A stretch of 57,845 nucleotides of DNA from Octopus bimaculoides (Eukaryota): assembly GCF_001194135.2 (NCBI RefSeq), contig NC_068995.1:24337683-24395527 (forward strand), read 5' to 3'. Both the position numbers and the translations under genes were made by a program. The notes under the pieces are model-generated. The model saw only the letters and a list, made by a program, of their open reading frames with translations, searched no databases and had not been told where the DNA came from. Below are positions 39,261 to 50,700 of the stretch, piece after piece (position 1 is the first letter of the stretch; each line of letters starts with the position of its first letter).

Positions 39261-41110
39261 TGTGTTTGGAAATAGATAACGGTTGTACTTGGTTCGAAAA
39301 TTTTCTTTAAAATTTGTTGTTTTATTATCTGGTATTTGAATCGTTGTTGGACTGTTTACTAAATAAAGCAGGTCACTTCCCTTGCAGTGAGCTGCTTTCG
39401 CGAATTTTGATATTCAAAGTTTAATACTTAATATTTCAAAACAGAAAATAACAATATGGCTTCCCAAATCGAGTGAAATGATAGCCGTTGGAACAGCCAG
39501 TATGACCTTATTTTCTAATCTGTATGCCAGTAGATAAGGACAGCATAATGTTATCCACTTCTCAAAATTGACGGCTACACAGACAACAAATGTGTGATCT
39601 GCACGGTCGACTTAGATAGACTTCGAAGGCAGGGAACTGGCTTTAGGAAGCTGAACGCGTCACTTCCGGCGTGACAAGCTTGCAAAGACTGGATTAGACA
39701 ACTAGTTAACCGGCGTTGACAGTGTCAATCGTCACAACAATGGCTTTCCCTGGGTAATAAGAGTAGAATCTGTTAGGTTTAGTAAGGCATCGTAACTGAC
39801 GTGTTGGCGGAGAGATTGGCCTTGGACCAATTCTTCAGCGCTAAGCACGAAGAATGCATTGTCAGAGCTAAGGCGCGTGCTCTAAGGAACGAAGGAATGA
39901 AAGCCGCTCATTGGACCCGAAATACGATCTTTGGTGGACTAAAATTGGCGCATGATATTCGATCCTAAATAGAGATGTTAGCGTTTCAGCAGCACGCGTA
40001 CCTTGACGGTATGTCATGACTGTCGGTAAGGAAGGTGGGGTGTTACGAAAGGATCATAACAATACGGAAATACAGGATGCGATGATGGGCTGCACGAGGA
40101 GGAAAATTGTTGGTTTGGATGGTCTTCCCGATGGGCTTTACTTTTACTTGGTTTGGATGGTCTGCCCTATAGGCTTTACTTTTATATGCTAGACATGTAT
40201 GTTTGGCGGTCTGTTAGAAGATATCTACTGCAACTGGCAGCAGAAAGGGAGAATTCCTAGTTCGGTGAGAAATAACCCAAAAAAGGGGGCCAAATAAAAA
40301 AATTTTAGGCCCATAACGCTGTTGAACGCAGATTTCAAAATTTTGGCCAAGGTGTTAGCAAAAAGGTTGGCGCTTGTCGTCGAGGAGCTGATTGGTAATG
40401 CACAAACATGCGCAATTTCAAGCAGATCCACCCACGACATCTTCCACCCCATGCGATACATCATAGACAGATTGGGTAAAGAAGCGAGACAGGATCAATT
40501 TGGATCAAACTAAGGTCTTCCATAGGGTAGACCACCACTATCTGGCGGCCATCCCCATGGCGGCCGGTTTCGGTCCCGCTTTCTGTAGCTTGTTTGCTGC
40601 AATATACAGCAACATCTGCTCGATAGTTCAGGTGAATGGTTACTTATAAGAACCATTTAGCATCAGGCGCTCGGTCTATCAAGAGTATCCCCTATCGCCT
40701 CTTCTGCATGTGCCAGCTCTAGAGTCACTAAAGCTGAAATTAGAGACATTGAGAGACATCCCGCGCGAACTAGGTTTTGGGAGAACTGTGTCAGCATATG
40801 CAGACGACGTCACCATCTCTGAAAGATCGGGCAGAGGCGGCGAATACATACATCGCCCCCGTCGTACCTTGTCCCAGTTTACGTCTGACCACTTTGGAGA
40901 GGCACTCTATCCGCTAAATGGGGTGGGGGGCTAAACATGCCATAACTGGGGATGCGCAGACCTGTGTTGAGGCTACGACATCTCCAGCGCTTTCTTAACG
41001 GTGATCAGATGAGGTCACCGTTTATTAGACTCGCTCTTCCACAGCTCATCTCTGACTGTTTCAGTCAGTATCGGAGAGGTACGGTGTTTGATTCCTCTTA
41101 AGATCGGCAT
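39259..41110 (+). mobile_element. L1/Tx1-type LINE: 5' UTR joined to ORF2 (linker and RT) remnants
   Basis: GTGFRKLNASL..ALDQFFSAKHEECIVRAKARALRNEG..GLDGLPY..NFRPITLLNADFKILAKVLAKRL..QTCAI..YPLSPLL..YADDVT. The 5' end follows (TTA)n and matches 20270-20508 (minus). Confidence 0.88.
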
Positions 41111-41924
41111 TGATTTTCATCCATCCAGGAGCGGTACAGTATCTCTTCCAAAACTGGATTCATCTAAACGACTAAATACTTTCTTTCCGAAAGTGTGACC
41201 TTGTGTCGTTCTAAGAATTAAATATTTAACATCTAAAATATTTATGTATATGTATGTGTCATGTATGAGAAGAAGGAAAGTTATGTATATACATGAAAAC
41301 AATTAACAAGCTAAATGCTGCCAACATATCATTTCAGACAACAATTTATGCTGTCCATAAATCATCAGAAAGACTTCACTAATAAAACATGACAATTTAC
41401 AGTAAATGAATAAGAAAGAAAAAAGAGCAGCTACTAATAAAGATCNNNNNNNNNNNNNNNNNNNNNNNNNNNNNNNNNNNNNNNNNNNNNNNNNNNNNNN
41501 NNNNNNNNNNNNNNNNNNNNNNNNNNNNNNNNNNNNNNNNNNNNNNNNNNNNNNNNNNNNNNNNNNNNNNNNNNNNNNNNNNNNNNNNNNNNNNNNNNNN
41601 NNNNNNNNNNNNNNNNNNNNNNNNNNNNNNNNNNNNNNNNNNNNNNNNNNNNNNNNNNNNNNNNNNNNNNNNNNNNNNNNNNNNNNNNNNNNNNNNNNNN
41701 NNNNNNNNNNNNNNNNNNNNNNNATTTGTGTGTGTGTGTGCGTGTGTGTGCGTTCGTGCGTGCGTGTGTGTGTGTGTGCGTGTATTTATGTATGTGTTAA
41801 TAAATTTATTACACATAAAGACTGTGACAGAAATAGGAGTGGTAGGAGAGAATTTCTTGACATATATCTTTTACACTTCTACTGATTACAATCACTGGAC
41901 AACAATCTTGCTAGGGTATCAACT

Positions 41925-42030
41925 TCAAGAGTTTACTTGATCATACTGACCCCAGCACTTATTTCAGTTTGGTCCTTATTTAATCAATCTCTGTTTTTCG
42001 AGCAGCTAATTCATAGGTCATTTGTAATAA
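41925..42030 (-). mobile_element. SINE family 2, diverged 3'-half fragment
   Basis: gaccccagcacttattt..ggtccttatttaatcaatctctgtttttcgagcagctaa resembles the reverse complement of 28340-28420. Confidence 0.55.
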
Positions 42031-42069
42031 CACTACTTTCAAAGCGATATAAAACACAAAGATCAGTAT

Positions 42070-42106
42070 AAAATCACAAACATACATACATACATACATA
42101 CATACA

Positions 42107-42137
<31 letters not shown>

Positions 42138-42217
42138 GTAAACGTATATACATTTATATAAATATACATTCATACATATACATATACATGTGTGCGTGTG
42201 TGTGTGTGAGAGAGAGA

Positions 42218-42270
<53 letters not shown>
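42070..42270. repeat. (CATA)n/(TA)n/(TG)n/(GA)n microsatellite
   Basis: Directly visible. Confidence 0.95.
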
Positions 42271-42271
<1 letters not shown>

Positions 42272-42415
42272 CTGGTATGCAGGGTTTGCGCATCGAGCTT
42301 ACAATCGCTAAGGTGTGGGTTCGATTCTTAAAACAGACGGCGTGCTGTGTTCTCGAGCAAGGCACTTCATGTTGTTCAAGTTCACTCACCTGAAATTGGG
42401 TACTAACAATAGCTA
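42271..42415 (+). mobile_element. Third tRNA-derived SINE head fragment
   Basis: B-box GGGTTCGATTCT followed by a gtgttctcgagcaaggcactt CORE/V-like block. Confidence 0.55.
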
Positions 42416-42861
42416 AGAGTTAAACCTGCAACATATCGACATCCCACTTATGGTGCTAGTCTTGTTCCTTCGCTTTCCTAAGCGTCTCAAAAACCCGACC
42501 TTCATGAGGCTCAAACCAGATTTATATACATACGATTTCTGCTTTTCAATGTTTTATCTTATTTCTTATTTCTTTGTATAGCTGTTCAAATTTTATTTCA
42601 GTTGAGTGAGATTTTGTGGAAAATTGTGCTGCAGATGTTGCTGATTCTTATGAAGTTGGCTATTTCTGTTGCTTAATTGGGTTATAGTCTTTGTTGCTTT
42701 GTGAGATATGTTTGCAGGTACGTTTATAATTATTCTGCTGAATGTGTTTGCTGCAGTGTCAATGATAGGGATTGTGTTGCTGATTAACAAAAAACTTGTT
42801 GGCGTTTTTTGGTGGCACTTGTTCCAGTGTACTTTTTTGAAGTCGGTAAAAGTGATTTTGC

Positions 42862-42864
<3 letters not shown>

Positions 42865-42938
<74 letters not shown>

Positions 42939-43100
42939 CTCTCTCTCTCTCTCATTCTCTCTCTTTCCGTCTCTTTCTCTTGTTCTCTCTCTTTCTCTCT
43001 CTCTCTTTATTTTGTTCTCTCTCTTTCTCTCTCTCTCTCTTTATTTTGTTCTCTCTCTTTCTCTCTCTCTCTTTCTTTTGCTCTCTCTCTCTTTCTTTCT
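42865..43100. repeat. (CT)n with degenerate extension
   Basis: Directly visible. Confidence 0.95.
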
Positions 43101-44049
43101 CATAAAGACTACACCATCATTGTCATTGAATATATTGCAATTGCACACACAACAGCAAGACAATGCATTTTGTAATAACCTTGTAGAATTGGAGCCACAT
43201 ATCAAACACCGAAGACACGGCCTGAAAATATCGGAGAACTTTCTACAACAATTCATCGCACAGCTTATGCGGCATACACTTCCAACAGCATCACCAACAA
43301 AAGGAAACAAAGAGAAACGAACAGTCAAAGAGCCCAGGAAAAATAAATGGTATATGGTAACATATACAAAAAGTACGGCGACAGAAAGGAAACATCGTTC
43401 CTTTTAAACATCGTTCCTTCATAAGCCTCTTTCACTAGACAGACCGATCTGAGAAAAACACTTTGCTTCTCTTTACCATATGAATAGGTGGAAGGAATTT
43501 TCCATGTGGTTGAATGTCGGATCCGTCCTTCTTGCAACAACTGTTCGAAATAACTTCACTACTTAATGGTAGGTGAATACTGAAAGAATGTAGACAGAAT
43601 GATCCTATTTTTCTCCGTGCATCTTGAACATATATGATTGAGGGCTCTATTCTTCCCCTGGGGATTATTTCAAACCAGCAACCTTCTATATGACTAGATT
43701 TTCACATCAAGAATTTTCGGAAATTATTTATCATTTATTTTGAATAAAAGGTTGTTCAAAACACATACACTGCTACGGAGATTATCACTCATGGAATCTT
43801 TATTTTATCGGCTCTCACCCCAGAAGGTAAAAACAAATATATTATTTAGAATGCATCACCAAAAGATCTAACACAGAAATATATTCATCACAAATATAGG
43901 GTGTCAGAGCCTACTGCAAATAGAAATATATTTCAAAATATCTACTTTTGAACTACAAAAATATCTTATAAATAAAAATGGAAACCAATACAAATAGCTG
44001 CAAAACAAAATAACCGCTTTCTTCTTTTCACGAAACCAAGAAAATAATA

Positions 44050-44780
44050 TAAAATAGAGGTTGGAAAAGGGAAAACAGAATTACTGAGAGAAAGGAAACA
44101 ACAGAAATAGTGAAGTGGAACTAAAAACTGTAGTAAGAAAAGCCACTATATGGCTAATACCTAAGACAACTTGGAAATGTTTCTGGGTTGGACAGTGAGG
44201 TAGAGAATAAACAAAGGAAATTCTCAACATTTTCTAAAAAGTGCAACACTCAAAGTTGAAACGGAAATGATTTTTTTACTGTAGCACAGGACCAAATTTT
44301 TCCCACTAGAAACAAACTTAAATAATGGACACAAAAACATTTAGAAACTGCAGAATATCGAAAGGTTGGAGAGAAACAATTCTACACGCTGTCTCAGGAT
44401 GTCCAGTTGTAACCAAAGAAAAATACACCTACGTACAAGACAAAGGAGTTTTAATATGGAGGCTATTCAACCAGCGTTATAACAGCAGAATTGAGCGGTA
44501 TATCCCATACTCAAGAAACGGTGTCAAATAAGGACAAGGTAATCATACTGAAAGATATTTCAATCCATACAGCCAACCAGAACGAGGCTTACTAGGAAAG
44601 GAAATGCCCACTAATTGAAATAATAATCTCAACAGACTATAATATATAACTAAAAGAAAAAGACAAATTATCCCAAAGGAAACAATTCCTATAATGATAG
44701 GTGCCTTGTGAAATGTTACAATATGCACACATATTACATATATTTTCAATACAATAGAAAATACAAACGCTTCACGAACC
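44050..44780 (+). mobile_element. Decayed Dong/R4-type LINE C-terminal fragment
   Basis: KKPLYG..LKSATLKVETE..AQDQ..TRN..CRI..ETILHAVSGCP..KETIPIMIGAL. Confidence 0.8.
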
Positions 44781-44828
44781 CAATGCATTCAAAGTTGCAC
44801 TCAGTTGTACATTTATCGAAATAATTCT

Positions 44829-44935
44829 TTCTGAATTTGGCACAAGACCAGCATTTGAACTCAGAACATGAGGACAGACAAATACCGCTAAGCATTTCGC
44901 CAGGCGTGCTAACGATTCTGCCAGCTCGCCGCCTT
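44829..44935 (-). mobile_element. SINE family 1 copy with internal deletion
   Basis: ggcacaagaccagc joined to atttgaactcagaac...gtgctaacgattctgccagctcgccgcctt; the head abuts (TTA)n. Confidence 0.9.
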
Positions 44936-44966
44936 TATTATAATAATAATAATAATAAAAATAATA

Positions 44967-45033
<67 letters not shown>
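44936..45033. repeat. (TAA)n/(TTA)n microsatellite
   Basis: Directly visible. Confidence 0.95.
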
Positions 45034-45036
<3 letters not shown>

Positions 45037-45351
45037 GTCATTTCATTTTTTTCACACAAAATTGTTCCATACAAATAATATTCCAATCCTAGAACTACAA
45101 GACATTTCAGAAAAAAAAAGAAAAAAGATGAACATGATTCTACATATAATACAATTAGTTTTATTGAACAATTTTCCACTTTCGTGGTTTCACATTTCAT
45201 TGTCTGGTTTCTATTCAAAGTGGAATCGCGGTTTTGGTCATTAGTGTTTTCTAGATTGTTGTAATGCTTGTTTTTCTTTTTTGCTTGTTTTTTCTCTTAG
45301 TTATTATACTTGATATTCTATTCTTGAGTGTTTTTAATAATATCGCTGTTA

Positions 45352-45625
45352 ACTACTGACCACATACATACATTTATACAAAACTACTGACCACACACAT
45401 ACATGTATACAGGATTACTGACCATACATATACATATACACAAGACCACCGACTTTACACATACATATATGCACGGCAATACTGACCACACATGCACATA
45501 TATATGTACAGGACTAATAACCACACACATACATATATACAAGACCACTGACCATACACTCATATACAGGACCACTGACCATACACATACATAAATGTAC
45601 AGAACTGCCGACGATACATATACAT
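45352..45625 (+). repeat. ~31-bp minisatellite, 9 units
   Basis: An ACYACTGACCA-like motif starts at 45352, 45383, 45414, 45445, 45478, 45513, 45544, 45571 and 45604, separated by CA/TA-rich spacers ending in CAGG/CAAG. Confidence 0.85.
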
Positions 45626-45677
45626 ACATACATGCATGCATACATGCATACATACATGCATACATGCATGCATACAT

Positions 45678-46183
45678 AAACACCAACTCAAGGAATACTG
45701 GTGAAATATTCCAGTCAAAATTTCTGTCAAATATAAACATAACAGGCCGGATATTGTTGTTTGGGACAGGGGAGCAAAGGTATGTACCATCATTGAGGTC
45801 AGCTGCCCTGCAGATATAAATATCTCTGAAAATCAAAGCAAAAGAGGATATCTATAGACAACTGCTTCGAAACCTCCAGCTTCTATATTCAGACTATGAA
45901 TTCATATTCATAGAAATAATATTTTGAGCACTAAGTTTTGTAAGTAAAGGATTAAAGGAGAATCTGGATAAACTGGGATTTTCAGAAAGAGAAATCGACC
46001 AGCTAATTCGTACATTACAAGTGCAATGTGTGAGTGGAACAGTAAAAATATGCAAGACTTTTCTCAAGTTCCAAATGTGAATTTGTCTGTGTTAACTACA
46101 TCCCAAAGGTGGAGCCTTGTATCTTTGTTGGAAACCGGCTCCTCCTCAGCGGAAGATTTATAATAATTAAAAATATAGAAGAG
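45678..46183 (+). mobile_element. 5'-truncated R4-like LINE: REL domain and 3' UTR
   Basis: WNIPVKISVKYKHNRPDIVVWDR..CTIIEVSCPADIN..LGFSEREIDQLIRTLQVQCVSGTVKICKTFLKFQM*; (TACA)n on both sides. Confidence 0.92.
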
Positions 46184-46679
46184 ACATACATACATACATA
46201 CATACATACATGAGGAGTGCCTCATCTTGTCAGAAGATAACCGTCTCACATTACGGTGAGACATCTATACGTCATTGGATTTAAGTGACAAAAGCTTGTA
46301 CAACACTTTTGACACTCCTTCAATCGCCATAGTAGATTCTAGTGACAAGCATTACATTTGGCTACTAGTTTTATGTCAGAGTATCTCTTGCCTAGAAGAG
46401 CTGCCTTCCCTACGGCTTTCTCAAAAATAACAGGAGCCTTCTCTATCGCTGGGAAATTTATTTAACCCATAGACTGGACCCTAACAGGTACTATCGGAAC
46501 TGGAGTAATGGTAATTAAGGGATGACTCCACGCTACCAATAACTCCAGATTTCCCGAACTGGAGGTCACTACAGGATGTGAGAGAACATGTACATTAATG
46601 CAGTTCTATATTTAAGAGATGAGGAATTATGTACATTATTTACATTTGACAGATATTTGTTCTCATCTTGTTTGTTGCT

Positions 46680-46725
46680 AACACAACGTTTCGGCTGATA
46701 TACCCTCCAGCCTTCAGCAGGTGTC
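46680..46725 (-). ncRNA. Minimal type I hammerhead ribozyme motif in the PLE repeat (A6 replaced by C in this copy)
   Basis: gacac-[CTGcTGA]-a-ggctg(gagggtatat)cagcc-[GAAA]-C-GTT-gtgtt: stem I 5 bp, stem II 5 bp, palindromic AACGTT helix III. Confidence 0.75.
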
Positions 46726-47161
46726 ATGGTAAAATTTCGAACCTGGGTATTAATAACACGCACCAAGTATGGATTCAGGACATCCGTATATCGCAAACCA
46801 ATCTTCACTGGACGATACCTCAACTTCCCACCATCCATACAGTGTAAAGAGAGGGATTGCTCAGTGCCTAAAACACCGCACAAAGAATATAAGTAGCGAT
46901 CGTGATACACACCACGAAGAGATGATCAAGCTCAATAATAATCTATTAAGCAATAACTACCCCAAAACATACTATCCATTGCAATTATGAAGAAAAGAAG
47001 ATGAAACCAATAAAATGTCCACAGTCTGTCTACTCTATGTGTAAGGCCTCTCCGAAAAGATACAAAATATATGCGGCCCATATGACATCAGGACAGTATT
47101 CAAGAGTAATACAACACTTCGCAAATATCTCCTTCGAGTAAAACTACCAATAGAAGAGAAT

Positions 47162-47506
47162 ATGACCAAACACTGCGTTTACTCCATCCCATGCAGCTGT
47201 GGTAGGTTATACAAAGGCGAAATATGCCGCCGCCTCAAAATAAGGGTAGACGAACATCACAAAGCTGTGACACGAGGAGATATTGATAAATCGAGTATAG
47301 CTGATCATGTAAGGAAAAATGGAGACCACCTCCCCCTGTGGGATGAAGTTAAAATAATAGACAGAGAACACCACTGTAAAATACGAAAACTAAAAGAAGC
47401 AGCACATATACTAGGACACAACAACCTCCTAAGCAGACCGAGTGCAGATATGAATAGCATATGGGAACCGGTATTAAGGAAGAATAGGAGAATATTAGAT
47501 TTATAA
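47162..47506 (+). pseudogene. GIY-YIG endonuclease domain of the Penelope-like element
   Basis: CVYSIPCSCGRLYKGE..RLKIRVDEH..SSIADHV..WDEVKIIDREHH..RKLKEAAHI..LLSR. Confidence 0.9.
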
Positions 47507-47530
47507 GCCCTAAAATTCACTCCATAATAG

Positions 47531-47608
47531 CCCACGGTTATATAGCATATTGGTTAAGAGCCCGGGCTACTAACCCCAAGGTTCCGAGTTCGATTCCAAG
47601 CAGTGACC
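47531..47608 (+). ncRNA. tRNA-like (Pol III A/B-box) cassette between the PLE ORF and its 3' repeat; not a functional tRNA
   Basis: TGGTTAAGAGC (D arm), GGG-CTACTAA-CCC (anticodon arm), AAGGTT, GAGTTCGATTCC (B box), CAGTGAC. The layout resembles tRNA-Asn/Ile, with broken acceptor and T stems. Confidence 0.7.
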
Positions 47609-47744
47609 TGAATAATAAAAACATCGAAAAATACCTTAGGAATGGGAACCCAGATTCGAAATTTACAAACAAGATGAGGACAAATATCCGTCAAATGTTA
47701 ATAATGTATCCCCGTTATCTCAAATGATGAAAACTACATTATCT

Positions 47745-47990
47745 CAAATGATCGGAATGGATGAGATTGTTGCATACGCTGGTGCCGTAACTAGAGCCAG
47801 AATAACAAAAGTGTACTTCTGCAGACTCCGGAAAACGTGGAATTCAGAGCTGCTTGCATTTAACAAGGCCATATATCTCGCAATGATTTTGCAGTACCAG
47901 TGCTAGTACCAGTTTTCTACACAGATCATAGTTTTTAAAATAAGGAATTTAATCTACAACTAAGACATATGAGATCAAAACGCTCATTAT
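47745..47990 (+). mobile_element. R4-clade LINE post-RT fragment
   Basis: ARITKVYFCRLRKTWNSELLAFNKAI..FAVPVL. Confidence 0.6.
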
Positions 47991-48884
47991 TGAAATATCT
48001 CTTTGAATTGTAAAAGTATCTTTAGTGTAAGTATTGAGAAACGAGAGTCATTACAGTTTAGACCTTTAAAACATACTTCATTATTAAAATGGTTGTTGGA
48101 CCTGCTGTGAAACAGTGAATAAAAATTTACACTCATCCACCTCCTAATTAACACCGTTCAAAACAAGGAAATTCAGGTGAGATTGTTATGAATGAATAAA
48201 AAAATTAATATAAAAATCTTGCAGTGTAAAGGTCTAACATAAGTAACTGAGAGCAAAATAAAACACCACTAATTTTCAAGGATATCAGATATAGAAACCC
48301 CCAACTGATTTATTCAATGTCTAAGAAAATTAATGAACACTGACGAAGGAGAAATATACCAAGCAACGAAAGGTATTAGCTATATTGTAACAAGATGTGA
48401 TGGCATTATTAGAGAAAATATTTTTAAATCTTTAAAATCTATGAAACCACTCTAGGGTTACATATCTATTAAAATTAATGGCGATTATATCAAAACTGAT
48501 TTCAAGAAAATCAATGAAAAATAAACATAAAACATAAAAGTCGAAATCAAATTCAGTCGTAATTGAGTTGTCATCGTCATTTTACGTGAGACTAGAAAAT
48601 GAAAAACTACTCTATTGTAGAGTTTAATTGCATTTTTGTATTAACAAGGGAGATCCTTAGTGAAACCTCTCGTGAGAACTTAACAATACTAGTACACAAA
48701 ATATAGAATCAATTTTCCTACTCATTATATTCGTTTTATCAAAATCCGGTTATTAACACATTTGAAATAGTGTGAGCTATTGCTGGTGATTTAATACACT
48801 GTATTCCATCCCCTTACGCAAAGCATCCTTTTTCTGACCAAACGAACTCTTAATCACAGGGGACAAAGAACTGACAAAAATGAT

Positions 48885-49010
48885 AGAATGAAGCATTTTA
48901 TTATAGTCTACGGTCCTTTAGCTGGTGCATTACATTTCTGCGTTCAAATCTCACTTGGATTAACTTTGCTTTTTATCTTTACGGGATCAATCAAATAAGA
49001 ACGTGTACTA
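48885..49010 (+). mobile_element. Highly diverged SINE family 1 copy
   Basis: gcgttcaaatctcacttggattaactttgcttttatctttacgggatcaatcaaataag resembles the B-box and core. Confidence 0.5.
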
Positions 49011-49899
49011 TATATTGTTTCGGATCAACTGTTTACCCCATTTCCCTTTACATAAAAAGCCTGTAACTTGTTTAAGGGAAGTGTGACTATTTTCATTCAC
49101 GAATCACAAAATACCGTTCTCGTAAATGGGAAGTTGGGTGATCATGGTCACAAATAAATTACTTTACATTTATTCATTGTCTCATTTTCTACTTCACTTT
49201 GTCTTTGACTTGCATTCACTTTACCTTTCTATATTTTCTTTTCTCTCTCACCTCTCTCATTGTCTCATTTTCCCCCTCAATCTTACTACCTACTCGTAGA
49301 GTACAGCAGGGTATCGGAGACAAATAAACAACGATTATTGTCATTTCTCACCAATTGCAATTAATAATAAATTTCACCACAGAACATATAATGTAAACTG
49401 TTGAGTGTTCAGTAAACATACTTAGTCTTGCTGTGAAAATTGTTTTGCATCAAAATTTCAGTTTATGAGACGTGATCAGGAAATAAACTACTGTTTGAGT
49501 GTATTTAGACTCTCTTCAGGCAAGTATTCTTGTCAAGTGCTCTCTCATTTAGGTACTGACACTTTATAAACATTTTACTATTTAAAGAATGTGATGCTGA
49601 TTTAATATACATCGATCTAGTTTAATTATACATGACGTCACATAACTTGTAAAAATCTTTCTGGATGTGTCTACAGTAAATCTCATCTTCTGGAAAGACA
49701 GTTCTTACACCTAACAATCAACTGATCTATTGCGCTTCTTTACCAGATTCATTCTTTTTTACAATTACCACCAACCAATATTATTTCTGTACAGTAAGAT
49801 TTATTAGAGACTCACTCTTTTAAGTCCTCTATTCATGTTTTCATCCTTAAAAACGTCAGAGAAACTAATATTATTGCTGTATGCCATCTATAGATTGTG

Positions 49900-50700
49900 C
49901 CTTGAATCGGAATTTTCCAATTATACCGCTTCTTTGTAGCGTGAATAGAAAAGTTTTTGCCGGGGTTTTTCGACCTCAACGCTATTAATTCTAGTGTAGC
50001 TCATTACTCTCTTATCCTCTCCAATACACACTCTCTCTTATACATAAACAATATTTTTTTCGTCGATTCTAACCACATATATTTCCACCCACATAATTCA
50101 ACCTTTCAAACTTATAAGTATTCCTACACAGTTATCATTCATTCACTGTCTAGACACCTGATGTCTATTAGGCTTCACATCTACAAAGAAAGATTTTCAA
50201 AACTTGCTTTTAGGAACATGAAAATAATCAGCAGATGTAGTAACTGTGTTAGCGTTGTAACACAAAAACATATTTATTGCATATATCTGATTAACTTAAC
50301 TAAACTTTATACTTCTTTGGCTCTCATGAATAACTTGAAACTGTCACCAATTCAGCAGAACTACCATCATATTTGATGATCTTTCTGGCAGATCACATGA
50401 CGCTAAGAGTAGAACTTAGACTCGCTTTCCAGATTCTTTTTCATGGCCAGAATCTATTCAACTTTCACTCATTACTGACTTTCTTCGAAGTTTTGCAAAA
50501 TTTAAATCAACAACCCCCAAAAAGCGACTTGATCCATCAGCATATACGAACAGCTACCAAAACTACAACTATGAATTAGCCAACATGCTGTCAGCTCTGT
50601 ATATCTCCTTCTGGGACAACAAATATTCTTGTTCCTCTGAAGCATAGGGCTGTATGTATATCTCCCCTACAAAACACAAGAGTGAAATCCTCTAGGTTAA
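49900..50700 (-). mobile_element. Possible very decayed L1/Tx1 AP-endonuclease region
   Basis: Weak motif remnants (VPEGDI, FVYA, LFGG-F) in APE order. Confidence 0.25.

Larger units (their letters stand above)
46598..47709 (+). mobile_element. 5'-truncated Penelope-like element with inverted terminal (pLTR) repeats
   Basis: RT thumb VYRKP..TGRYLNFH..HPYSVKRGIAQCLKHR, then the GIY-YIG domain. 46630-46747 is the reverse complement of 47648-47709, apart from an ~55-bp deletion in the right copy. Confidence 0.92.

Noticed and set aside
40105-40185. Short local tandem duplications (also 4885-4910, 29150-29170, 31518-31560, 43389-43420, 47716-47752)
   Set aside because: Ordinary slippage events with no sign of function.
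45352-45625. CRISPR-like repeat-spacer look
   Set aside because: Animal DNA, an 11-bp degenerate repeat, spacers that are related low-complexity sequence, and no cas genes.
47531-47608. Functional tRNA gene
   Set aside because: The acceptor and T stems do not pair; treated as a tRNA-derived cassette. The SINE heads were rejected as tRNAs for the same reason.
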